This document shows positions 16,777-25,051 of a stretch of DNA of 25,682 bases, piece by piece. A model generated the notes under the pieces. That model had not been told where the DNA came from and searched no databases. It was given only the letters and a program-made list of their open reading frames with translations. Source of the DNA: a virus (taxonomy: Duplodnaviria; Caudoviricetes); IMG/VR virus record IMGVR_UViG_3300032203_000026, positions 1 through 25,682 of that record. The stretch is one strand, 5' to 3'. Positions within the stretch are counted from its first letter, which is position 1. Every line of letters begins with the position of its first letter. A program made the translations under genes and the position numbers.

Positions 16777-17535
16777 ATGTTTACCGTTGAAAAAAATAAG
16801 AATGGAAAAATTCAAGTTATTTTTGACCAGAAAGAGATAGATAAAGATTTATTTTTACAAGTTGAAAAACTTAAAAAAGAGAGATTAAGTTTAAAATTAG
16901 AAATCAGAGAAATCCAAAAAGTAATTCAGGAATGGCAAAAAAGAAAAGAACTTTTCTGGACTTTATTTAGACAGGAAAAACAGGAAAAAGAAAAAGAGAT
17001 TATTTCCTTAAAATCGGAAATTGATTTCTGGCAGAAAGAGAAAGATATCTTACAGGAAAATATTGAAAAAACGAAAAACCAATATAGTTTAGTTCAAGTT
17101 TTACCAGTTTCTCTTAAAAGACAGATTGAATTTTTAGAAAATATAATTGGTAATAAAAAAGAAGTAATTTCTGACCTTAATCAGAAAGTATTTCAGAAAG
17201 AAAAAATAAGAAAAGAAATTGAGAAACTCTTAGGAAAATATTTTAAGTTAAGGGATAAGTTATTTTCAGAGGCAAAGAAAATAAATAAAGTCAAAGAGAA
17301 GTTGAAATTATTAGAGGAAACTTACTTACTTTGGCAAAAGCAAATAAAAGAACTTCAAAATTGGTCAAATAAATTAGCCCTAAAAGAAATTGAAATTAAA
17401 GAAAAAGAAGAAAAGTTAAAACTATTTAGAGAAAGTATTTTTTCAAAGGTCGAAAAACTGAAACTTAAATTTCCGAATAAAAAACTATCATGGCAAGAAA
17501 ACGAAAAAAGAAACTTAAAATCCCTCGTCGTATAA
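16777..17535 (+). CDS. Coiled-coil protein
   Basis: 252 aa of K/E/Q/L/I heptad-like sequence. Confidence 0.7.
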   Translation: MFTVEKNKNGKIQVIFDQKEIDKDLFLQVEKLKKERLSLKLEIREIQKVIQEWQKRKELFWTLFRQEKQEKEKEIISLKSEIDFWQKEKDILQENIEKTKNQYSLVQVLPVSLKRQIEFLENIIGNKKEVISDLNQKVFQKEKIRKEIEKLLGKYFKLRDKLFSEAKKINKVKEKLKLLEETYLLWQKQIKELQNWSNKLALKEIEIKEKEEKLKLFRESIFSKVEKLKLKFPNKKLSWQENEKRNLKSLVV

Positions 17536-17747
17536 GAGGAAAAATGTCAGCGAAGATAAGTAAAATGATTAGAGAGTGGAAAAAAACTGGAAAAATAACT
17601 ACTTCCAGAGCAGTTTATAGACCCAAAACCCTAGCTGCAGCTCAAAGACAAGCTGCCAGAATTGAATATGAAAGATATGGATTAGCAACAAAACCAGCAA
17701 AAAGAAAAAAAATAGCAAAAAAAAGAAGGGAAAAGATTATTAGTTAA
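17490..17747 (+). CDS. Very basic Arg/Lys-rich small protein
   Basis: MARKRKKKLKIPRRIRGKMSAKISKMIREWKK...AAAQRQAARI; AAAGGTCG 37 nt upstream. Confidence 0.75.
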   Translation: MARKRKKKLKIPRRIRGKMSAKISKMIREWKKTGKITTSRAVYRPKTLAAAQRQAARIEYERYGLATKPAKRKKIAKKRREKIIS

Positions 17748-17750
17748 ATC

Positions 17751-17770
17751 TTACTGACATATGTCAGTAA
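17751..17770. promoter_or_regulatory. 20-bp perfect palindrome, putative protein-binding site (copy 2)
   Basis: TTACTGACATATGTCAGTAA fills most of a 27-nt intergenic gap; identical to 6461-6480. Confidence 0.75.
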
Positions 17771-17774
17771 AAAT

Positions 17775-17963
17775 ATGGAAAAAGTAGAAAAAATTGGAAA
17801 AAAAATTGCCAAAATCTTATTAGAAAACAATTGCCGAATTGTTGTAGATTTGAAACCTAAAAATCTTTTTACTAAGATTTTCAGGAGAATTATTAAATTT
17901 CAAATTGATATTAAAGTTATAGAAACATGGCATTCTTCGGCGAACGAAAAACCAAAAAGTTAG
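17775..17963 (+). CDS. Hypothetical protein
   Basis: 62-aa ORF in operon context. Confidence 0.6.
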   Translation: MEKVEKIGKKIAKILLENNCRIVVDLKPKNLFTKIFRRIIKFQIDIKVIETWHSSANEKPKS

Positions 17964-18361
17964 TTCAAGGGGAATTTATTTTACCAGCTGCTTTAGTATG
18001 GGAAGATACTACTGCTTTAAGAATTGCTTCAGCTTCTTATCCTTTACCAGTTAATGTAGTAACTGGAGGAGCAGTAATTTCTACTATTACTTCTGGTAGA
18101 AAAACTATCACTACTGCTGGAACCAGAGAAACCTTAGTAGCTAGCTCAACTCCTTCTAAACAGGTATTGATTACTGCCTTTTTAGGAAATACTGGTGTGG
18201 TAGTTGTTGGTGGTAGCACAGTAGTGGCAGCTCCAGCAACAAGAAATGGCACACCTTTAGAAGCTGGCGATAGTTGTATTATAGAAATTGATAATGCCCA
18301 GAAAATATATTTGGATGTAACCGTCTCCGGGGAGGGAGTTACCTGGAACATCTTAAATTAA
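17927..18361 (+). CDS. Putative virion structural protein
   Basis: Thr/Val/Gly-rich beta-type sequence (NTGVVVVGG, GTPLEAGDS, GEGVTW); abuts the tail fibre gene. Confidence 0.7.
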   Translation: MAFFGERKTKKLVQGEFILPAALVWEDTTALRIASASYPLPVNVVTGGAVISTITSGRKTITTAGTRETLVASSTPSKQVLITAFLGNTGVVVVGGSTVVAAPATRNGTPLEAGDSCIIEIDNAQKIYLDVTVSGEGVTWNILN

Positions 18362-20050
18362 ATGTCGGCAATTACTTCAAAAAATGCTACCAGATTAAGG
18401 GGAATACTTATTGATACCGCTACCCCAACCGATGGGCAGGTTTTACAATATAATGCTGCTACTAATAAATACATTCCCGCTTCTCCGGGTTTAACTGCTC
18501 ACAATTTAGTAGGAGATTTTCATACTGCTTCAGGATTAACCATTGGACATTTTCTAAAAGCTACCGGGGCTACTACTTTTGCTTTTCAGGCTCACGGATT
18601 AACCCATACTGATGTCGGAGCAGCAGCTACTGTTCATACTCATACTGCGGCAGATGTTACTTCTGGGATATTTGGAGTAGTAAGAGGAGGAACAGGTTTA
18701 TCAACTATTGCTTCAGGAAAATTGCTTTATACTTCTGCTGCTAATACTTTAGCTGAATTATCTTTAGGAAACACTTTAAGTATCAGTGCTGCTGTCTTAA
18801 ATGTTGTTGCCAATACCTCTGTTCAAAAAGTAACAGTTAGAAAAAATACTGGAGCTAATATTGGCTCAAGACAGAGATTAAACTTTATTGAGGGTTCAAA
18901 TGTTACTTTAACTATTGCTGATGATGCCGCAGCAGATGAGATTGATATAACTATTACTGCTGCAGCAGGGGCAGCTGAACATAATCTTCTTTCAGCCACC
19001 CACCCAGACACAGTGGTTGCCTCTCCAGTTTTAGGGGATATTTTATTTGCTAATGCTACCCCCGCTTGGACTAAATTAGCTGGTAATATTACCACTACTA
19101 AACAATTTTTAACTCAGACAGGCACTGGAACTGTTTCAGCTGCTCCTGTTTGGGGAACTATAACAGCAGGAGATTTGCCAATCCATACTCACACTGCTGG
19201 AAATATAACTTCGGGGGTGTTTCCAATAGCTAGGGGTGGCACTGGGGCGGATACAGCAGAAGGAGCAAGGGCTAATCTTGGAGCAGCAGCTTTAGGAGTT
19301 AATACCGATATTACCGCCTTACAGGGATTAAATCAACAAAATGCGGTTCAGCTTTTACCTTATGGAACAGCAGCGGGTCAAACAGGAGAAATTAGATTTA
19401 GAGAATTGGCGGCAAATGGAGTAAATTATGTTGGGTTCAAAGCCCCTGATAATTTGGCGGCTGATAACATTTATACTTTGCCGACTGCTTTTCCGACTGC
19501 GGCTGGACAAGTTTTGAGTTCTACTACAGGAGGGGTTTTGAGCTGGATAACACCAGCAGCAGGAATTACTGCGGGCTGGGAATTGATAGGAACTGGAACT
19601 TTTACTACTGATTTTAATATTACGGGATTAAATGGAAATGCTGACAAATTGTGGAACTTAATAATTCAAGTAAGGCATACTGCTACATTTTCGGTTATTA
19701 TGAGATTTAATTCTGATATTGGTTCAAATTATGTTAATGTAGGTCATTGGGTTGAATATGTAGGCGGAATTGGTTCTCATTCTACCACATTGTTCGCTAC
19801 TACGGGATTTAGGATTTCCACCAATGCTTATTATCGTGAATATTTCATCAATCTTTTTATCAATCCGAAAACAGGAACTCAAAGACATTATTTTGGTTTA
19901 TCATTTGGATTTACTCCTGATGCCAACACTCTTGGTTTAAATGAGATTTTAGGACAATGGATAAATAGTACCGACAATATTACCACTATCAATATTATTA
20001 CTGGCACAATCACCGCTGGCGAATACTGGTTGTTTAAAGTAAAACCATAA
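18362..20050 (+). CDS. Tail fibre / receptor-binding protein
   Basis: Ala/Thr/Gly-rich; PTDGQVLQYN, two HTHTA...RGGTG repeats (18635-18697, 19184-19246), ARANLG motif and a distinct aromatic-rich C-terminal domain. Confidence 0.8.
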   Translation: MSAITSKNATRLRGILIDTATPTDGQVLQYNAATNKYIPASPGLTAHNLVGDFHTASGLTIGHFLKATGATTFAFQAHGLTHTDVGAAATVHTHTAADVTSGIFGVVRGGTGLSTIASGKLLYTSAANTLAELSLGNTLSISAAVLNVVANTSVQKVTVRKNTGANIGSRQRLNFIEGSNVTLTIADDAAADEIDITITAAAGAAEHNLLSATHPDTVVASPVLGDILFANATPAWTKLAGNITTTKQFLTQTGTGTVSAAPVWGTITAGDLPIHTHTAGNITSGVFPIARGGTGADTAEGARANLGAAALGVNTDITALQGLNQQNAVQLLPYGTAAGQTGEIRFRELAANGVNYVGFKAPDNLAADNIYTLPTAFPTAAGQVLSSTTGGVLSWITPAAGITAGWELIGTGTFTTDFNITGLNGNADKLWNLIIQVRHTATFSVIMRFNSDIGSNYVNVGHWVEYVGGIGSHSTTLFATTGFRISTNAYYREYFINLFINPKTGTQRHYFGLSFGFTPDANTLGLNEILGQWINSTDNITTINIITGTITAGEYWLFKVKP

Positions 20051-20053
20051 ACT

Positions 20054-20158
20054 ATGAAAACCAAAATCTTAAATCTACAACTTCAATTTAACACTTTTGA
20101 CGGCAAACCAATTATCAAAGGATTTTTAGAGACTGATGAGAAAATTTATGAACTATGA
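20054..20158 (+). CDS. Small hypothetical protein (34 aa; not in ORF track)
   Basis: MKTKILNLQLQFNTFDGKPIIKGFLETDEKIYEL*; ACTATG start 3 nt after the fibre stop and ATGA overlap with the next gene. Confidence 0.55.
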   Translation: MKTKILNLQLQFNTFDGKPIIKGFLETDEKIYEL

Positions 20159-21057
20159 AAAAAATATCTATTGTTTTGTTAATAATAATTCTTGGTTTAA
20201 TACTTTTTATGGCAAATAATGTAGACCAAACATTAAGAAATATTGTCTTAAGAGAGAAAGCGGCTGAAGAAGAATTAGCAAAAGCCAAGCAGCAACTTTC
20301 TAATGTTGAGTTAAGATTGAGAGAATTTGAAAAGAAAGAAAAAGAGAAAGAAAGAATTCAATTAAAATATCCTTTAGATGAAAATACTATTAAAGCTATT
20401 GTTTTGGGTTTAGAGGGAAGATTAGATATTTTAGATTTAATATCTACAAATCTTTGGAGAAGAATGTTTATCTGGGCAACTTTCTTTGAAAGTTTAGATG
20501 GGTTTTTTAAGGACCCTGCGGCTAATGTTACATTAACTCATAATGATATTCGAATTATTACGGGAGATGTAGCAGGAAACATTACTAGAGTTATGAAGCA
20601 ACCAGCTTGGCAGGGAGTGATTACTTTTTACAAGAGAAATAGTTTTAGAACTACTTTTACTTTAACTTCAGTTTCAAATGTTGAAGTTTGGCTAACAGTA
20701 GGTAATTCTGAAATAACTTCTCCTCATTATGGTTTTAAAGTAGTAAATAATGTTCTGAAAGGATTTACAGGTGATAGTTCTTCTGAAACTTATGTAGATT
20801 TACAGACAATTACAACTGGACAAGTCTATAATGTTGAAGCTAGATACTACCCTAATGAAAAAGTTCTTTTTTTTGTTAATCCTATAGGAAAATTATATAC
20901 CCAACCTACAGGAATTATTACTACTACCTTACCACCAGCCAAAGCAGAAGTTAATAATACTCTAATGGATATTAGAATTAAAACCAATGATGCTGTAAAT
21001 AAAACAATTCAATTATCTTTTTGGCAATATATTCAAAGTAGAGAATACAATGAGTAA
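20155..21057 (+). CDS. Putative virion protein (hydrophobic N-terminus, coiled coil, beta-rich C-terminal domain)
   Basis: 300-aa ORF in the tail module; an internal ATG (MANNV) is an alternative start. Confidence 0.65.
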   Translation: MKKISIVLLIIILGLILFMANNVDQTLRNIVLREKAAEEELAKAKQQLSNVELRLREFEKKEKEKERIQLKYPLDENTIKAIVLGLEGRLDILDLISTNLWRRMFIWATFFESLDGFFKDPAANVTLTHNDIRIITGDVAGNITRVMKQPAWQGVITFYKRNSFRTTFTLTSVSNVEVWLTVGNSEITSPHYGFKVVNNVLKGFTGDSSSETYVDLQTITTGQVYNVEARYYPNEKVLFFVNPIGKLYTQPTGIITTTLPPAKAEVNNTLMDIRIKTNDAVNKTIQLSFWQYIQSREYNE

Positions 21058-22199
21058 CCTTGAATTACGAAATGCAATTTTAACAACTAGATTTTATGGA
21101 AATAGATTAAGATGAAAAGAACAATTAAATTTAACTTAATAGGTAATATCAATAAATTAAAGAAACTTGCTGATTTGAGACAAGAATATTTTGAATTTGT
21201 TAATTATCTAATTAAAAAAATGGCAAAAGATAGAGTTTATATTTTATCTGATAAAGAAGTTCAAGTATTAAATTCTCGGTTGAGTTATTCTTTTAAGCAA
21301 TGTGCCTATAGGCAAGCAGAAAAAATATGGAAGTCGTAGCGGAGAGGATATAAAGCTGGTTCAAAATTGCCAAAATTCAAAGGAAGTATGGTTTTAGACA
21401 AAAGATTTGTTAATATAGAAAAAGCAGAAAATTCAACTTTTGATTATTGGTTGAGAATTTCTACGCTGAACAAAGGCAAACGAATTTTGTTGCCTTTTAG
21501 AAATTACGATTATGCAAAAGATTATTTTGAAAATTGGAAATTAGTTAATGGAGCAAGGTTAAAAAAAGAAGGACAAAAATGGTTTTTATGTTTAACATTT
21601 GAAAAGCAAGAGCCGAAAATAAAAGAACAAGGGAAACAAATTGGTGTTGATATTGGAGTTAAAAAACTTCTGACTACTTCTGAACGGCGATATTATGGTA
21701 AAAACATTGAGAGTTTAATGGATAAAATTCAAAGAAAACAACAGGGTTCAAAAGCATTTAATAGGGCTTTAATTGAAAGAAATCAGTATATTAACAGAAT
21801 TGTTAAACAATTACCATATCATAGAATAAAAACAATAATTTTGGAAAACATTAAAAACATTTTTAGAAATTCAAAGAAAGAGAAAAAATTATCAAAGGTC
21901 GTTAGAAGTAAATTTCAACGATGGGTTTATTCTTTTCTTTTGAAAAGAATAGCACAACTAACACAACTAAACGGCGTCCGTTTAGTGTTAGTAAATCCCG
22001 CCTACACTTCGCAAACTTGCAGCGAGTGTTCAGGTGTCCACAAGTTAAATAGAATTAAAGAACTTTTTAAGTGTAGAAATTGTGGCTATACTTGTGATGC
22101 AGATTACAATACATCAAAAAACATTCTTAATTTCTATTTAGCCCAGCAGAATACCTTCGCTGGAAGAAAAGAAGGATTACTTATTTTGTAATTCAAGGT
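21057..22199 (+). mobile_element. tnpB-only IS200/IS605-like insertion bounded by a 17-bp inverted repeat
   Basis: tnpB without tnpA; TTCAA (22192-22196) directly after the tnpB stop resembles an IS200/IS605 right end; ACCTTGAATTACGAAAT (21057-21073) versus ATTTTGTAATTCAAGGT (22183-22199). Exact ends are uncertain by a few nt. Confidence 0.75.
21112..22191 (+). pseudogene. tnpB: TnpB-family RNA-guided nuclease interrupted by one in-frame TAG (21337-21339)
   Basis: The two track ORFs share a frame (WKS*RRGYKAGSKLPKF; 359 codons in total). RuvC-I IGVDIG, RuvC-II IILEN, PAYTSQTCSEC...CRNCG zinc finger and RuvC-III DADYN are all present. Confidence 0.88.
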
Positions 22200-23856
22200 G
22201 AAAGCTTCTTTTCCAATAAAAAATCAAATCTGGGAGCCAAATTATTTAGGAGAATTTTGGGGTGATTTTAATAATTGTTTATCTTTAAATTTTTTTAGAT
22301 TACAAGGAAGAATTATACCAATTTATTATCCTTATGTTCCTCATACTACCAATCAAGATGTTTCTGCTTTAACTTTATTGGTTACAGGATTTGCTGAATT
22401 TGAAGGTAAAAGATGGGCGGTGGCAAATAGAGTATTTAGAACACCAGGAGGTGGAACAATGTTTGCTGCTGATACCTATACCTACACACCAACTGATTTA
22501 GATGACCCTGATATAATTGTTTTTGGAGATAATTTAATTGTTTCCAGACCAACTAATTTAGCCAGAAGAAAAGCACCCTGGGCGGGTTGGCATGTTAATT
22601 GGTGGACAGAAGAATTAGGACAGCCAGCTTTAACTTCTGGAGTTCATCCTTTAGCAATTCTTGGAAAACACCTTTTTATTGGTGATAAAAATAAATTACA
22701 TAGTGTTGATGAAGGAGAAGTTGTGTATAGAAATAGATTAATTTTACCTGCTCAAACAACAATTAAATGGATAAAAACAACTCCAGAAAGAGTATTCTTA
22801 GGAATAAAATGGGATGATGATAGATTTATGATAGTTGAATATGACCCTCTACAGGAAGGAGCAAAAGAATGGTTTTCTGATGAAGGAGAGATGGTTGGAT
22901 TTATCTGGAATAATAATTTAAATGTTATTACAGAAGCTGGTAATTTATTAGAATGGGCAGGAGCTGGATTTAGAAAATATGCTGAATTTCCTACAATTCC
23001 TGGTCGTGTATTAAAGCTTCCTCATCGTAATGGAATTACAATAATTGATAAAAGACCAACTTTTCTTTTACCTTTTCAATATTTTAATGTTTGGGCAGGT
23101 ATTTATTTGTATGAACCCGAAACAGGTAAAATTTATCATCACAATACTATAGTTCCAAATTATGCCTCCCTTTTGTCTTATGGTAATCTTCGTATTGATT
23201 ATGTAGGAGCTTTATCTTATGACAGAAGCACCTTAGGACTTGCTGGAGCAATTCTTCAAAGAACTAATTTAGTAAGTCAAATTGGAATTTATAGTTTTAT
23301 TAATTTTTTTGGAAGACAATATGGACGTCGAGGACACATTATATTACCTAAAATTTTTAGTCCAGAAGTAGATAATATTTGGCAAAATGTTTTAATTAAA
23401 TATAGGTTAACAAGTGGTTCAAAAATAATAATCAAATATCAGACAAAAGACCCAGATGGAACAAATTACCCAAGAGGTTTTTTGGCAGGAACTTGGGAAA
23501 CAGCAAATAGATTTACTACCGATTCTCTTTATGGATGGCAGGTAGGAGATGAAGTTGTTATTGTTAACGGAGATGGTGCAGGGTTATTTAGTAAGATAAC
23601 TGCTCTTGATACGGGCACGCCAAAGAAAATTACTATAGAAGACTCAATAACTGGAGCTTCAGGAGAGATACGATTTTTTGTTGAACCCTGGAGAAAATTG
23701 GGTGAGATTACTGATGCTTCTAAAGATTATCAAAAGTTTTCTTTTCCAAATAGTCCATTGATTTCTGAATGGCTAAGACTTAAAATAGAATTAAGAGGAG
23801 ATGCAGAAATTAAAAATGTAGATATTTATTATCAACCTAATTTGTTAGAAAGATGA
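22198..23856 (+). CDS. Tail protein, beta-propeller/nozzle (stabilisation)-like
   Basis: 552-aa beta-rich, Trp-rich protein next to the tubular-like gene; GTG start, but the original start may be ATG 21050 (see findings). Confidence 0.65.
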   Translation: MKASFPIKNQIWEPNYLGEFWGDFNNCLSLNFFRLQGRIIPIYYPYVPHTTNQDVSALTLLVTGFAEFEGKRWAVANRVFRTPGGGTMFAADTYTYTPTDLDDPDIIVFGDNLIVSRPTNLARRKAPWAGWHVNWWTEELGQPALTSGVHPLAILGKHLFIGDKNKLHSVDEGEVVYRNRLILPAQTTIKWIKTTPERVFLGIKWDDDRFMIVEYDPLQEGAKEWFSDEGEMVGFIWNNNLNVITEAGNLLEWAGAGFRKYAEFPTIPGRVLKLPHRNGITIIDKRPTFLLPFQYFNVWAGIYLYEPETGKIYHHNTIVPNYASLLSYGNLRIDYVGALSYDRSTLGLAGAILQRTNLVSQIGIYSFINFFGRQYGRRGHIILPKIFSPEVDNIWQNVLIKYRLTSGSKIIIKYQTKDPDGTNYPRGFLAGTWETANRFTTDSLYGWQVGDEVVIVNGDGAGLFSKITALDTGTPKKITIEDSITGASGEIRFFVEPWRKLGEITDASKDYQKFSFPNSPLISEWLRLKIELRGDAEIKNVDIYYQPNLLER

Positions 23857-25049
23857 CGCTTAATGATTTACTCAACCAATTAAATGATTTCGCAGTTTTG
23901 TTTAATATTGGAGAAACTGCTCCAGACAGAGCAAAGAGAGCTATCAACCGAAGTATAGAATACTATCAGCGACGTTTAGGTTTACCAGTAAATGAATTTA
24001 CTTATCAAATTCTTTATTATGATGGGAATTACTTTTATACCCTGACATCAGATTGTAATGAGGTTATTGCTGTAGAGTATGAAGAAAAAGCCAGAAATAA
24101 AAAGAAAAATGAATACTTCTGGCAACCTGACGATATTTTAATTCAGCAAATTGGCAGTAAAGCTAATTTACTTAAAAATTATTTTTCAACCTCCTTAAGA
24201 GATGGCAGAAATCAGGTTATTATTTTGTCAAAAGATATTCAAGCTTCTTCTGTTCTTTTAGAGTCTTTTGATAATTTTATCACTACTACTAAATTAACTG
24301 CTATTTTAGCTGCTTCAACTAATATCTCAGCTATTTCTGGAGAAAATGATAAAACCCAAAAAACTCAAGGAGATGCTTCCTCTTGGCTAAAACTTACTGC
24401 TACAACTGCTGCTCCGGTTTTGGTAATTCCTTTGTCAGATATTACTCTTGAAGGATTAAAAGATAAAGAGCAATTCTTTGGAGTTGATATTTATTTACCA
24501 GATATTACAAGGTTTGATAAGGCGGAACTTCTTTATACAGAGGAAGGAACAAACTATACTCTTTTAGCCAAAACTCTAAATGCTGATTATTCAACTAGAA
24601 GAAATGGCTGGAATACCTTAAAATTCAGATTTAGAGATGTTGAGAATTTTACCTATAAAAACTTAACTGCGGTAAAATTAAAAATCACTTTCAAGGGATT
24701 GGGAAATGGAGTAACTTACACCTTAAATCTTGACAATTTTAGAGCTTATATTCCTGATTATCTTTTAGTCACTTATTATTCAAACTATAAAGGAAAGGAT
24801 AATACTGGTAATTTTGTTTTAGATTTAATAAATCTTGATGATGTGCCGCTTTTTGATACTATTGCTCCTGACTTAATTTTGCCAATTTGTTTGAGAGCGG
24901 CATTTTATTTGTCGCCTCAAATCAAAAGTTCCCCGGAGTTTGTAACAATTTTTTATCAGGAGGCAGGTGAAACTCTGAAAAACATTGGACGCTCTTACCC
25001 CCGCAAACGAACTATTCATTACGGTAAAATTGAATTTGTCCTAGAATAA
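23853..25049 (+). CDS. Tail adaptor/tubular-like protein with an inserted beta domain
   Basis: MTLNDL...AINRSIE N-terminal helices and a C-terminal D.P....ILPICLRAAF helix pattern typical of head-tail adaptors; ATGA overlap. Confidence 0.6.
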   Translation: MTLNDLLNQLNDFAVLFNIGETAPDRAKRAINRSIEYYQRRLGLPVNEFTYQILYYDGNYFYTLTSDCNEVIAVEYEEKARNKKKNEYFWQPDDILIQQIGSKANLLKNYFSTSLRDGRNQVIILSKDIQASSVLLESFDNFITTTKLTAILAASTNISAISGENDKTQKTQGDASSWLKLTATTAAPVLVIPLSDITLEGLKDKEQFFGVDIYLPDITRFDKAELLYTEEGTNYTLLAKTLNADYSTRRNGWNTLKFRFRDVENFTYKNLTAVKLKITFKGLGNGVTYTLNLDNFRAYIPDYLLVTYYSNYKGKDNTGNFVLDLINLDDVPLFDTIAPDLILPICLRAAFYLSPQIKSSPEFVTIFYQEAGETLKNIGRSYPRKRTIHYGKIEFVLE

Positions 25050-25051
25050 AT

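Noticed and set aside
15983-20050. Diversity-generating retroelement target in the LamG or tail fibre genes
   Set aside because: No reverse transcriptase and no template/variable repeat pair seen in the window.
21337-21339. Genome-wide stop-codon reassignment (TAG read as Gln) to explain the tnpB break
   Set aside because: Long genes (terminase, portal, capsid, tail) are intact under the standard code with no in-frame TAG or TGA, and 6487-6675 appears to end at TAG.
6067-22194. Link between the GTAATTAC operator boxes and the GAATTAC/GTAATTC arms at the tnpB ends
   Set aside because: The match is only 6-7 AT-rich bases, which is expected by chance.
21057-22199. Group I intron (IStron) or bulge-helix-bulge intron
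   Set aside because: There is no non-coding space for a group I core, and the end pairing is a continuous helix without a convincing pair of 3-nt bulges.
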